IMG/VR virus record: IMGVR_UViG_3300043446_001070
Location: 1 to 41,293 of that record
Length of the DNA: 41,293 bases
Strand: one strand, 5' to 3'
From: a virus
Taxonomy: Duplodnaviria; Caudoviricetes
Shown here: piece by piece, positions 7,298-16,233 of the stretch
Numbering within the stretch: position 1 is the first letter of the stretch
Layout of the letters: each line of letters starts with the position of its first letter
Notes under the pieces: generated by a model
Told to the model about the DNA's origin: nothing
Seen by the model: the letters and a program-made list of their open reading frames with translations, nothing else
The model's database searches: none
Program-made: the position numbers and the translations under genes

Positions 7298-10054
7298 TTA
7301 TGCCCCGCGCAAAGCAATGCGAGCAGCCGGTGTGCGCAACTGACCGATTACACCTTGAGCCGTGATGCGCATAGCTTGCTCAAGATCTTCGATTGAAACG
7401 TAGCGCTTGCCGTCAAACTCAACGACCGGGCCTGTATTGATGTTAATGACTGGAACGGTGGTGCCGCCTCCGCCATTGAACACCTTTTTGCCGCGAGCAC
7501 CTGCCATGTAGGCAGCAGAAGCGGCAGCCATTTTGCTTTCAGGGATAATGTATTCGCGCTGGCCGCCTTCACCAACCATTGCCAAGGTTGGGCTGCTGAC
7601 AATCCCGCCTTCAGCAAACTGCGGAACGCTGACAAATGGCACAAATCCAATATCAGGGCCAGGTAACTGATTGAAGCCTGCAATCAAACGATTGATGGCT
7701 CTAGCCACGCTGTTAATAGAACTTCCAATAGCATTCAAAACTCGATTGATGGCTGATCGGATTGTATTAAGAATGCCATTCCATACGCTTGGGACAAAGC
7801 TGGCCACCTTGGCCATGGCATCTCGCAAGAAATTGACCATGGATTGCCACGCGTTAGCGATGGTTTTAGTGGCGCTTTGACTTGATTTTGCAACTGCTAG
7901 ATCTGATGCAACAGCGGCTGCTGTTTTAGCTTGGTATGAACTAGCGGTTGCTTTAGTAGTTTCTTGCACGGCTATGGCAACTTTGCCCTGCGCATTGATA
8001 TTGTCAATAATTTTTTGGCGCCATGCTTCAGTTTCGGCGCTTGCGGTAGAAATGCTAGTTGAAACCGTATCATAATTTTGCCCCATCTTGCTAACCATGA
8101 CTCCGGCGTCGCTTATTCTGCTTTCAAGCTCTTTGTTGACAGCCGCAACGGCTTGGGAACTGGTGTAACTACTTGCCATATTCCCGGCAAATGCCTGGGC
8201 CTGATCCGAAGACATGCCAATTTGCTCACTTACCAATTTTTGCTCAAGCGCTTGCTGTGCGGTGAGAATTTTAGCTTGGTACTGTGATTCAATTGCTTTT
8301 CTTTGATACTCACCAACTATTTTTTGAATGCCGATTTGCTGTCCAGTCGCTACAATTACTTGGTTTTGGGCTTCAAGAGCGTTGCTCAAGGCATCCCTCT
8401 TGCGCGCCTCTTCTTCTGCTGTTTTTGCTGTAAGGATTTGTAATTGCCCTTCAGCAAAAATCTCTTTGCCTTTTAAGATTGCTTGTTGATGCCTAAGTTC
8501 AACCTTAAACTGCTCTAGCTTAATTGCGCTGAGTCCTTGCTGATACTCAAGTTGCGCAGCTTTTGCAGAATTCTGAAATATCTTAGCCGCAATATTTTGA
8601 CGATCTATTGCGGTCTTGGCGAGATCATACTCGCGCTGCAGTTGTTGGTCTTTCAGCGCGTTAAGCCGTAATTCAGCATTTAATTGAGCAGAAATAATAT
8701 CATTGATGCTGTTTTGCCGGTCTTCAATGACCGTCAATGACAGCGACTGGCTTTTGATATTTTTAAGCGTTGCTTCAAGTGGGGTTTTTAATTTTCCAAT
8801 CTCCTCTGCAGACTTGCCAATCGTCTTAGGGAGTGAACTAAATCTACTGGCTAAACCTGCGGCTTCCGTCTTGGCCTTTTCCGTTCTATTTGCAAACTCT
8901 CCAACCTTGTCATTGCCAAGTCCTAGCCGATCAATTATTTTACCAATCTGAGTAGCTATAAACTTAAATACTGGGTTAGTCGCTAATGCGCGGAATCCGT
9001 TAACGACCAGGCTAAGCACCTTTGTGAACTTGGCGACAAGCGAAATAGCGGTCTCAAATCCTTTGATTAAGATATTCTGCAAGAACGCACGTATAGGTGT
9101 AAAGTCAAAGTCCTTGAAGGCATACCTCAGTTCATTGACCACAGGCTGAATTGCTTTGTAGACCTTTGGAAATATGACTGCGCCCAAATAATCCCACCAA
9201 TCGGCGAGCATTTGGCCCGCTTTGACAAGGGCCGTGGCGCCAGCAACTACTACGGGCGCAAAAACTTTGCCAAGTGTGTTAAGAAGCCTGTCCGACACTT
9301 GGCCCAATGAATTAAATGCTTGCTGCTGTTTCGTGAGCTTTTCGTTAAGATCGCCTGCAGCTGCAGCCGATCCAGCCAATGCCTCATACAGCACTTGGCT
9401 AGTAATCTTGCCATCTGCCGCCATTTTTTGCAGTTCGCCCCGACTGGCACCAGTAGTTTTGGCGATTGCATCAAGTAATTGCGGCATCCGCTCTGCCACG
9501 ATGACAAATTCGTCGCCGTTTAGCTTGCCCTTGCCTAGTGCTTGGCTGAGCTGGAAGAATGCTCCACTTGCATCTTCCGCGTTTAGGCCAGATTGTTTAG
9601 CGATAACATTAAAGCCGTCGTATATTTCAGACGTTTCTTTAAGGCCAAAGCCAACACCTTTCAGTCGTCCGTACACATCTGCTAGAGCCTTGGTGGCGTC
9701 AGTTTGCGAAATGCCAAATTTGCCCGCAGATTGTGCCGCTACGCCAAGTGCAGCCTCATATTCTTGCGTTGAGCCAGTTAAGTTTTTTAGGCGCTGTTCT
9801 GCCTGGTTGCGCTCAAAGGCTGTGGCAAGGCTTTGTCGGACCACCTCTACCGCTGTTCCGACTGCCGCCAGTGGGCCCAATGCCGCAGTTAGCGCGCCGC
9901 CAAAGCCTTCTAGTCCGCCCTTAGCGCCTTCTAGTCCGCCCTTAGCGCCTTCTAGTCCGCCCTTAGCGCCAGCAAGCGCTCGGTTGAGCTTGTTTAGCTC
10001 AGCAATCGCACTGCTGGTGTCAACATTGATGGCAACATTGGCGACGACCGACAT
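7298..10054 (-). CDS. Tail tape measure protein
   Basis: 918 aa, Ala-rich and helical; QLSQALGKGKLNGDEF tape-measure motif; FAEGG...VGEGGQREYIIP C-terminus; follows the chaperone genes. Confidence 0.93.
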   Translation of the reverse strand: MSVVANVAINVDTSSAIAELNKLNRALAGAKGGLEGAKGGLEGAKGGLEGFGGALTAALGPLAAVGTAVEVVRQSLATAFERNQAEQRLKNLTGSTQEYEAALGVAAQSAGKFGISQTDATKALADVYGRLKGVGFGLKETSEIYDGFNVIAKQSGLNAEDASGAFFQLSQALGKGKLNGDEFVIVAERMPQLLDAIAKTTGASRGELQKMAADGKITSQVLYEALAGSAAAAGDLNEKLTKQQQAFNSLGQVSDRLLNTLGKVFAPVVVAGATALVKAGQMLADWWDYLGAVIFPKVYKAIQPVVNELRYAFKDFDFTPIRAFLQNILIKGFETAISLVAKFTKVLSLVVNGFRALATNPVFKFIATQIGKIIDRLGLGNDKVGEFANRTEKAKTEAAGLASRFSSLPKTIGKSAEEIGKLKTPLEATLKNIKSQSLSLTVIEDRQNSINDIISAQLNAELRLNALKDQQLQREYDLAKTAIDRQNIAAKIFQNSAKAAQLEYQQGLSAIKLEQFKVELRHQQAILKGKEIFAEGQLQILTAKTAEEEARKRDALSNALEAQNQVIVATGQQIGIQKIVGEYQRKAIESQYQAKILTAQQALEQKLVSEQIGMSSDQAQAFAGNMASSYTSSQAVAAVNKELESRISDAGVMVSKMGQNYDTVSTSISTASAETEAWRQKIIDNINAQGKVAIAVQETTKATASSYQAKTAAAVASDLAVAKSSQSATKTIANAWQSMVNFLRDAMAKVASFVPSVWNGILNTIRSAINRVLNAIGSSINSVARAINRLIAGFNQLPGPDIGFVPFVSVPQFAEGGIVSSPTLAMVGEGGQREYIIPESKMAAASAAYMAGARGKKVFNGGGGTTVPVININTGPVVEFDGKRYVSIEDLEQAMRITAQGVIGQLRTPAARIALRGA
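9905..9970. repeat. Perfect 21-bp tandem repeat x3 (GAKGGLE) in the tape measure N-terminus
   Basis: gccttctagtccgcccttagc at 9905, 9926 and 9947. Confidence 0.95.
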
Positions 10055-10080
10055 GCCAAGGGAGCTTTAATACACATAGT

Positions 10081-10266
10081 CTACCGTCGCCTTGCTTTCC
10101 TTTCGGATTCTTCCTGCGCTTGTGCCTCAACCTCATAAAACGCAAGCCACATTCGATACTCCTCGGGCGTAATGCGTTCGCATAATTCACCGTATGTGTA
10201 CCCAAGCTCCTTTGCCAAGTACATCATAAAACGGCATTCATGATCTCGCTTGAGATCATCAGCTAT
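10081..10266 (-). CDS. Tail assembly chaperone gpT-like extension produced by -1 frameshift
   Basis: The -1 frame after A AAA AAA reads IADDLKRDHECRFMMYLAKELGYTYGELCERITPEEYRMWLAFYEVEAQAQEESERKARRR*. Confidence 0.8.
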   Translation of the reverse strand: MADDLKRDHECRFMMYLAKELGYTYGELCERITPEEYRMWLAFYEVEAQAQEESERKARRR

Positions 10267-10607
10267 TTTTTTGCTTGTGCCTCAGAAAGAGGCTCGCTTT
10301 CATTCTTAATTAGCGCAACCATAATGGCTTGCAGATCTTCGTCGCGAACGTCATTTTTAAGCTCGGCAATCTCGCCAGGCATGAACATTTGCTGGCCGGC
10401 GGCATCTTGCGCCTTTTGAATCAGCAGTCGCAGCGCAAATGCGTTGGCGTCGTCGCCGCCAGCATCTTTTTGAGCTTTTTCGCGCTCGGCCATAGTAAGC
10501 GGTGTGCTGTAAAACTCAAACACAGTGCCGTCGTTTAAGTTCACGCTTTTTTTGGTCGGCGTGAGATTGGCGGCCTTCTTTAGCTGATCAAGTGCGCGCA
10601 TTGGCAT
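10263..10607 (-). CDS. Tail assembly chaperone (gpG-like)
   Basis: Between tail tube and tape measure; likely start MPMRALDQ (10607 or 10601); ends GCA AAA AAA TAG. Confidence 0.8.
   Translation of the reverse strand: MPMRALDQLKKAANLTPTKKSVNLNDGTVFEFYSTPLTMAEREKAQKDAGGDDANAFALRLLIQKAQDAAGQQMFMPGEIAELKNDVRDEDLQAIMVALIKNESEPLSEAQAKK
10266..10272 (-). other. Programmed -1 ribosomal frameshift slippery site (A AAA AAA)
   Basis: Run of 7 A on the minus strand immediately before the gpG TAG, with an open -1 frame beyond it. Confidence 0.8.
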
Positions 10608-10636
10608 TAGGGATCCCAGTTGACGGTAACAGGCAA

Positions 10637-10662
10637 ATGGCCTTGACACAAGCCAAGGCCAT
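10637..10662 (-). terminator. Hairpin after the major tail gene (possible weak terminator or stabiliser)
   Basis: atggccttg-N8-caaggccat inverted repeat; poor U-tract. Confidence 0.4.
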
Positions 10663-10676
10663 CAACAAACTGCCAA

Positions 10677-11447
10677 TCAGCTCTTAGAAAGATCAAAGGT
10701 GGGCGCGGCGCTTGGGCGGAAAGAAATCTCCACCGACTGGCCATCGTCCGGGTTCACGGTGAAATTAGCAGATGTCAGGATTACCGGCACCTCAATAGAG
10801 CGGCTGGTTGTGTCATTGACAGTGCCGCCGCTGACTACACGATCGATGTAGAGCTTCATGGTTGCGCCATTTTGCTCACGTTGCAGCACGTCCTGCACCA
10901 TCCGGCTGGCGATGCTGGTGTCTTCGTTTGTGGTGTAGACGGTCGCAGAGCCCGAGCCATCGGCAAACCCACTGATGTAGCTGCGGAATGGCACGGTCTG
11001 CCCAGCTGCCTGGCCGATGGTCGTCACATCAATCTCCTCGCGGGTGATCTCAAAGGACCATTCACGCACCTCTGCCACCGACTGGAAAGTGGCATACTCC
11101 ACTTGGAAGATATTTGGCGAGACTGCGGTGCCATCGTCCGTGATGGCAACAGCAGCACCGCCAAGCGTGGCCGACACCTGCATCACGCCGCTGCTGGCGG
11201 TATACGCAATGACGTAGTAGGTAGTAGCTGCTGACAGTCCGGCGGGTAGCGTGCCAGTGCCGGCTTCGCCAGTGTTGACGTTCACAACACTGAATTGCAC
11301 CGGATCGCCGACCTTGAATCCAAGGTATGGCAGCACGGTGATGTCATCACCCGTTGCGTCAACCGCAGACTCGGTAAATGTGGCAGTGGTGCCGGCAGGC
11401 TTGTAATACAGCGCCCCGGACGTGCCAGAGAGGACAGTGGCAGCCAT
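10677..11447 (-). CDS. Major tail tube protein
   Basis: LSGTSGALYYKP...VREWSFEITREEIDVTT...ISGFADGSGS; position after the tail terminator. Confidence 0.88.
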   Translation of the reverse strand: MAATVLSGTSGALYYKPAGTTATFTESAVDATGDDITVLPYLGFKVGDPVQFSVVNVNTGEAGTGTLPAGLSAATTYYVIAYTASSGVMQVSATLGGAAVAITDDGTAVSPNIFQVEYATFQSVAEVREWSFEITREEIDVTTIGQAAGQTVPFRSYISGFADGSGSATVYTTNEDTSIASRMVQDVLQREQNGATMKLYIDRVVSGGTVNDTTSRSIEVPVILTSANFTVNPDDGQSVEISFRPSAAPTFDLSKS

Positions 11448-11467
11448 TGATCAATGAAGTGGTTGCT

Positions 11468-11887
11468 TCAGTCTAGATACGCACTAAACGTGATGGCTAG
11501 CTGCGTTTGATAGTACGCTGCAGGAGCTGCCGGTGTTACCTGAAACGGGCCTGACGCCGCATCAAAATGAATGCCGCCAAGATCCAGCCGATCAAACAGC
11601 GCCTTCATGCGTTCGGCAATGGTGAAATTGGCGCCAGACCCTGCGCCGATTGGCGTGTAAACATTGATCGTCAAGACGCCATTATGACGATTAAAACCGG
11701 CGCCAGGCCCAAGCAGCGTGGCGTAGTTGTTGTCGCCAAACCGGATAAATGCCTGCAGCCATGGGCTGTTGTTTGGCGGGCTGAATGGCATGTTTTGGTA
11801 TGCCACCGGATATGACGGCGCCATAGCCAATTCGGCCGCAATCCGTTTTTCAATAGCCGCCCGCACTTCATTAAGCGTGCTATTCAT
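11468..11887 (-). CDS. Tail terminator/completion protein
   Basis: VAYQNMPFSPP...GVLTINVYTPIGAG (DUF4128-like); position upstream of the tube gene. Confidence 0.75.
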   Translation of the reverse strand: MNSTLNEVRAAIEKRIAAELAMAPSYPVAYQNMPFSPPNNSPWLQAFIRFGDNNYATLLGPGAGFNRHNGVLTINVYTPIGAGSGANFTIAERMKALFDRLDLGGIHFDAASGPFQVTPAAPAAYYQTQLAITFSAYLD

Positions 11888-12285
11888 GATTCCCGTCCGA
11901 TACGTGCTGCAGCTGCCAGCACCCTAGTCTGCACGTCCTTAGCAATGCCTTGCACCCAGCCTGGTGTGGCCTGGCGGCTGCTGCCATTTGCCAATGGCTC
12001 TGCATATGGCAAGTTGTTATGCACGCTGTAAATGTTGCCAATTCTTTCTTGGCTGTAGCCAATGCGTGTGATGGCAGGTGCCTTTGGGTAATCCCCCGGC
12101 GCCGCAATGCCGCCCGGCGCTGCATTTTGCCCCACCTGCCAGCTAGCGCGAAATCTGCCGGTGTCCACTGGACTGGCTTGCTTGACTAGGGAGTCCGTCT
12201 CCAGCACCGCTGCGCGCAGCAGCTTTTCCGTCTGCTCTGAAGCGTACTTGCCTATATCCTCAATTCTGATCTGGCGCGTCATCAA
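11884..12285 (-). CDS. HK97 gp10-like neck/tail component
   Basis: SPVDTGRFRASW and NNLPYAEPLANGSSRQA motifs. Confidence 0.85.
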   Translation of the reverse strand: MMTRQIRIEDIGKYASEQTEKLLRAAVLETDSLVKQASPVDTGRFRASWQVGQNAAPGGIAAPGDYPKAPAITRIGYSQERIGNIYSVHNNLPYAEPLANGSSRQATPGWVQGIAKDVQTRVLAAAARIGRES

Positions 12286-12641
12286 TCCCTCAAGAACAGT
12301 TCGTGAGTAATAGGCAAACCATCTTGCTCAATCGTGCGTACTTCAACCACTTGCAGCGTGCGGCCACTTGCGACTACTCGATCATCTGTGGTCGGGATAA
12401 TGCTGCCAACGTCTGCGGCAGCCACAATCAGCTTTTTGTCGCCTGCCTGAATTAAATCATTGACTTCACGTCGGGTGACATTTTCAAGCACGCCTTTAAT
12501 TGCGATACTTGTCAGCAATTCGCTGATCGCGCCAGTGTCAGGGTTGTAAATGCCTGGCGTAACGCGCCGCAACGTCACATTGCCACCAAACTTCGCCATC
12601 AGCCGACTGGCGACACGACGCAGTGATGTATTGAGTGCCAT
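12282..12641 (-). CDS. Head closure (stopper) protein
   Basis: KFGGNVTLRR...YNPDTG...IQAGDKKL; position upstream of the gp10-like gene. Confidence 0.72.
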   Translation of the reverse strand: MALNTSLRRVASRLMAKFGGNVTLRRVTPGIYNPDTGAISELLTSIAIKGVLENVTRREVNDLIQAGDKKLIVAAADVGSIIPTTDDRVVASGRTLQVVEVRTIEQDGLPITHELFLRD

Positions 12642-12656
12642 GCCCCAGTCTACGTC

Positions 12657-14288
12657 TTAAAAGATCAGCACATTGCGACGGCGCGTGGTGCTGGCCTTGG
12701 CAAGCGCTGCCGACAGTCCGGTCAAGATGAACGCGCCGGCTGTTGCATCAAGCAGGTCGGTGTCGCCTAGCCCAACGGGGTTGCCCGTGAGTGTAAATTC
12801 GCCGGTGCCGCCAAGCAGGCCGCGGTCAGCCGCAAAGGTTGCCGGGTTCCCGGTTAGCAGGAAGTTCCCACGGTCACCGGCAACGCGCCACCCATGCAAT
12901 GGCGCCGCTGGCTGCCCGGTCAGCGTGAACTGGCCGCGGTTGCCCGCCAGCAGCCGCGTGATAGTCAGCGTGGCAGGCTGACTTGATAGCGTGAATGCCC
13001 CGACTAGGGGAGTCAGCTTATCGGCTGCAGCCTTGGCAAGCGTTACTGGGCTGCCGGCAAGGCTGAACGCGCCAGTGTCGCCCGCTAGCGCAAAGCCCCG
13101 CGTGAGACCGGCTTGGTTGCCAGTCAGCAGAAATTGGCCGCGGCCACCGTCAAGATTGACCGCACGAGCCAGCTCAGCCTGCTGCCCTGAGACCGTGAAC
13201 GCGCCGCGATCACCCGTGATACGCACGCCATGGGCAAGACCGGCTTGGTTGCCGGCCAAGCTGAAGATGCCGGCAATTGGCAGCAGCTCCTTCGCCGAGA
13301 GCTTTGCCAGCGTGGCGTCATTACCGGTCAGCGTGAACTGGCCGCGGTTGCCGGTGATCGCAACGTTGTGGCGCGCATCAGCCGGGTTACCCGTCAGCGT
13401 GAACGCCCCGACGCCAGCCTTGATGTCCGTGTTGTGGCGTAGGCCTGCAGCGTTGCCCGTAAGGGTGAAGGCGCCGCGCTCGCCGGTGATCGCCGTGTTG
13501 TGGCGTAGGCCTGCAGCGTTGCCCGTAAGGGTGAAGGCGCCGCGGCCTCCATCCATCTGCTTCGGGCTGGCCTTTGTGAGCGTGGCGCCGTTACCCGTCA
13601 GTGTGAAGCTGCCGACGACTGGCGTCTCGGTCCGCGGCACCAGCTCGCGGATGGCCAGATGCACCGCCGCACGGTCATCTGTGGCGCCGGTGAAACCGAC
13701 GTTGCGGGCGCCTTGACCGGCAGTTGTTTCGACTGCTAAGGCAGAGCCGTAGTTGCCGATGTCAATGCTGTTGAGCAGCGTGCTGCCTGTGCCAGCAGTG
13801 GGAGGCGTATTTAGGCCGGAGTATGCGCCCGCGTAGCGAAGACTGTTGACGCCGGGTGATGTGTCGTCAACGCTCTGGACTGTCAGGGTGCCGTCGTCTT
13901 GTAATAAGACGATGGTTTGGGTTGGGACGGATGTGTTTGCTGCGGCGGTGACTGTGGCCGCTGCTGCGTACATCACCGTCGCATTGTTGGTGCGATTGAC
14001 GGTGATTGTTTGGTTGCCGGTGCCTAGTCCGCTGCCAAGAAAGAATGTATCAAGTCGGCCGGGCTCCGTGGCCGTGTCTATTGCTAAGCCGCCTGATAGG
14101 CGCGTTAGTGCAACGCCGCCGTAGGTGACGCTGCTGATTAAATCTGCTGTGCTGGCATACGTCGAGACAAAGACAACCACACCTTGAGGCGTGCCCGTCT
14201 GCGCATGCGTCCAGCTGAACGCTGCCTGGCTGGTTGAGCCTGTTGTCCCGGTATGGGACTCAGAGGCAGCACTATGGGCAACAGCCAC
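12657..14288 (-). CDS. Repetitive fibre-like virion protein with many ~22-aa GxFTLTGNxAxL repeats
   Basis: Globular Thr/Ser-rich N-terminal half, then more than a dozen repeats of G(A/Q)F(T/S)L(T/A)G(N/Q)xAxL. Confidence 0.7.
   Translation of the reverse strand: MAVAHSAASESHTGTTGSTSQAAFSWTHAQTGTPQGVVVFVSTYASTADLISSVTYGGVALTRLSGGLAIDTATEPGRLDTFFLGSGLGTGNQTITVNRTNNATVMYAAAATVTAAANTSVPTQTIVLLQDDGTLTVQSVDDTSPGVNSLRYAGAYSGLNTPPTAGTGSTLLNSIDIGNYGSALAVETTAGQGARNVGFTGATDDRAAVHLAIRELVPRTETPVVGSFTLTGNGATLTKASPKQMDGGRGAFTLTGNAAGLRHNTAITGERGAFTLTGNAAGLRHNTDIKAGVGAFTLTGNPADARHNVAITGNRGQFTLTGNDATLAKLSAKELLPIAGIFSLAGNQAGLAHGVRITGDRGAFTVSGQQAELARAVNLDGGRGQFLLTGNQAGLTRGFALAGDTGAFSLAGSPVTLAKAAADKLTPLVGAFTLSSQPATLTITRLLAGNRGQFTLTGQPAAPLHGWRVAGDRGNFLLTGNPATFAADRGLLGGTGEFTLTGNPVGLGDTDLLDATAGAFILTGLSAALAKASTTRRRNVLIF
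13427..13544. repeat. 52-bp identical direct repeat with 66-bp period inside the fibre gene
   Basis: ccgtgttgtggcgtaggcctgcagcgttgcccgtaagggtgaaggcgccgcg at 13427 and 13493. Confidence 0.92.
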
Positions 14289-14310
14289 CGTCCCGCCTCC
14301 GCGTCAGTTA

Positions 14311-14730
14311 TCAGGCCAGCGTCAGGATGCCAGCAGCGTCCCAGGTGATCGTGAACGTCTCGCCGTTCAACAGGTCAACAGCAGCGCCGTAGTCGTACCA
14401 ACCAACCAGCTCATCGTTGGTGGCGGTGTTGTTGTAAAGCACCACGTAACGGAACGTCGGCACCGTGCCCGTGGCGGTGAGCACCAGATCGTTCGCATCC
14501 AGCTTGTAGCTGCCGCTGGTCTGCGCCGAGGTCACACCAGTCAGGTCGCGGCCGGTCGTGGTGCCATTCTGGATGTTGGTGTAAGCAATCTGAGTGATGT
14601 TGCTTAGCTGCGTGTTGGTGTTCACCGGCAGCGTGTTGGTCAGCGCCACCGTCAGCGTGTCGCTGCCGAGGTTGTGCACCTTCTCGGCCAGCGCCTCCAC
14701 GAACGAGTTGAACTTGTTGAAGGTCGCCAT
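14311..14730 (-). CDS. Virion structural protein, paralogue of 2060..2476
   Basis: HNLGSDTLTVAL...DELVGWYDYG...GETFTITWDAAGILTLA. Confidence 0.72.
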   Translation of the reverse strand: MATFNKFNSFVEALAEKVHNLGSDTLTVALTNTLPVNTNTQLSNITQIAYTNIQNGTTTGRDLTGVTSAQTSGSYKLDANDLVLTATGTVPTFRYVVLYNNTATNDELVGWYDYGAAVDLLNGETFTITWDAAGILTLA

Positions 14731-14767
14731 CAGTAGTGGGCTCCTGTTCTATGGGTTCAGTCTACGA

Positions 14768-15895
14768 TCAGAACGCAACGGACAGATTGAACTCGTCCAC
14801 CGCCCCGCTGACCGTGGTGATCTCAACCCACACCCAGCGTGCTGCCGGGATGGGCTGGTTTTGCACTGTGGTCGCGTCACCGGTGGTGGTATTCGTCACA
14901 GTGTCCGGCACGGTGGCCAGCGTGCCGGCCGTGGTTCGATCGCTGGCATGACGCAGCTCGTAGGTCACCGAGCCGCCGGACACCAACGCCACCACGCTTG
15001 CGATCGTGGTCTCGCGGCTGGTGCGGAACAGCGTGAAGCTGTCGCCCGCCAGCGGACCAGCGATCGTAATGCTACGCGGCGCCGAACCGTTTACCGGGGG
15101 CTTGTGCTCCCAGCGGTTCATCGCATCAACCCATGTCAGCACGTCACCGTCATGGGCATCGGACACCTCTACATCGTGGCAGTCCTTGATGAACTGACCT
15201 GTTGCCGCACGAACGAAGATGATGCCGTTGTTGGCTGACGTGATCACCGCCGCCACTGGCAGCTTCAGGTTCGGACCATCCGGCTCGGTCGTCACGAACC
15301 CGCCAGGCGTAGCCGGGTCGCAGTACAGGATCGAGTCCGCCGGGTAGGCGGTGGTATTGATGCCGCGCACCTTGCCGAAGCTGGTGACGAACCCACTGCT
15401 GCCCGCGGTTACCGTCTCGGTCATCACGCCGAGGAACACATGCCCCGGCAAGGTGCCGTTCGCAAGCATCGGCGCCACCTTCAGGTGACCGCTCGCGCCA
15501 TTGGTGCCGACGTACATCACGCCGGTGCCTTCCGTGATCGTGCTTGCCGTGTCGTTGTAGACCAGAAAGCTCATCTCCTGGCCGACCTGCAGCACCGTGC
15601 CGCCGCCCTTGGCAATGTCTAGCGTCTGTTCGTCTTCGTTCCATGCCAGCTCGCCGGCCGTGTCGGCATTGCCGCCGGTCGTCAGCAGCTGGATCGACTG
15701 CAGTACAGGATCCTGCGTCCACGCTGTGTCGTAGTTGGTGCTGCTGGCTTTGGCAAGAAGTGCATTGGCCGCGCCGCCAGTTGGTACGCCTTGGCCCGCG
15801 GAACCTGCAGGGCCCGGTGTGCTGACAATGACCGTTTGCCCGTCATCCTCGACGACAACTGTATTGGCCAGGGTGGTGACGCTAACAGTTGTCAT
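14768..15895 (-). CDS. Fibre/whisker-like structural protein
   Basis: Short PGPAGSAG segment, then GVPTGG...LAKASSTNYDTAW and DCHDVEVS...GDVLTW fibre motifs. Confidence 0.68.
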   Translation of the reverse strand: MTTVSVTTLANTVVVEDDGQTVIVSTPGPAGSAGQGVPTGGAANALLAKASSTNYDTAWTQDPVLQSIQLLTTGGNADTAGELAWNEDEQTLDIAKGGGTVLQVGQEMSFLVYNDTASTITEGTGVMYVGTNGASGHLKVAPMLANGTLPGHVFLGVMTETVTAGSSGFVTSFGKVRGINTTAYPADSILYCDPATPGGFVTTEPDGPNLKLPVAAVITSANNGIIFVRAATGQFIKDCHDVEVSDAHDGDVLTWVDAMNRWEHKPPVNGSAPRSITIAGPLAGDSFTLFRTSRETTIASVVALVSGGSVTYELRHASDRTTAGTLATVPDTVTNTTTGDATTVQNQPIPAARWVWVEITTVSGAVDEFNLSVAF

Positions 15896-16233
15896 GGCGC
15901 TGTATATCCCTCTGAGACATAAACGATGCCCTCTAGGTAATAGTGCCTCAGGCCGGATGTATCCTCCAGCATTACGTCATAATATGCCTCATTCGGGAAT
16001 GATGTGGTTTGCGTATCTGTCAGCGCAATCTTGATCTGGCCTTGCGCTCGGTTGGTATATGTGATCGCAAAGTCCGCGGATTTCGTAGTGCGCTCAGCAT
16101 TCCATACTTGCGCATAGGCCGTCCATCCCGTCAAATTGATCGGCGTGCCGGTGCTGTCTTTGAACTGCAGCGACAGGTCATAATCAGCCCGCCGCTGCAC
16201 TGTGATGTTGTGTTGGCCGGGCTGGATTGACAT
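15892..16233 (-). CDS. BppU-N-like fibre attachment/adapter protein
   Basis: NITVQRRADY...INLTGWTAYAQV...YYDVML...YYLEG pattern. Confidence 0.65.
   Translation of the reverse strand: MSIQPGQHNITVQRRADYDLSLQFKDSTGTPINLTGWTAYAQVWNAERTTKSADFAITYTNRAQGQIKIALTDTQTTSFPNEAYYDVMLEDTSGLRHYYLEGIVYVSEGYTAP

Noticed and set aside
9222-10070. 282-aa plus-strand ORF with PSSPPLA repeats
   Set aside because: Antisense to the tape measure gene; the repeat is just the reverse frame of the 21-bp triplication.
13427-13544. Possible DGR template/variable repeat pair
   Set aside because: The copies are identical and tandem within one ORF, with no adenine-specific mismatches, and the window has no reverse transcriptase.
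12673-13716. Plus-strand repetitive ORFs (102 and 241 aa)
   Set aside because: Antisense shadows of the GxFTLTG repeat gene.
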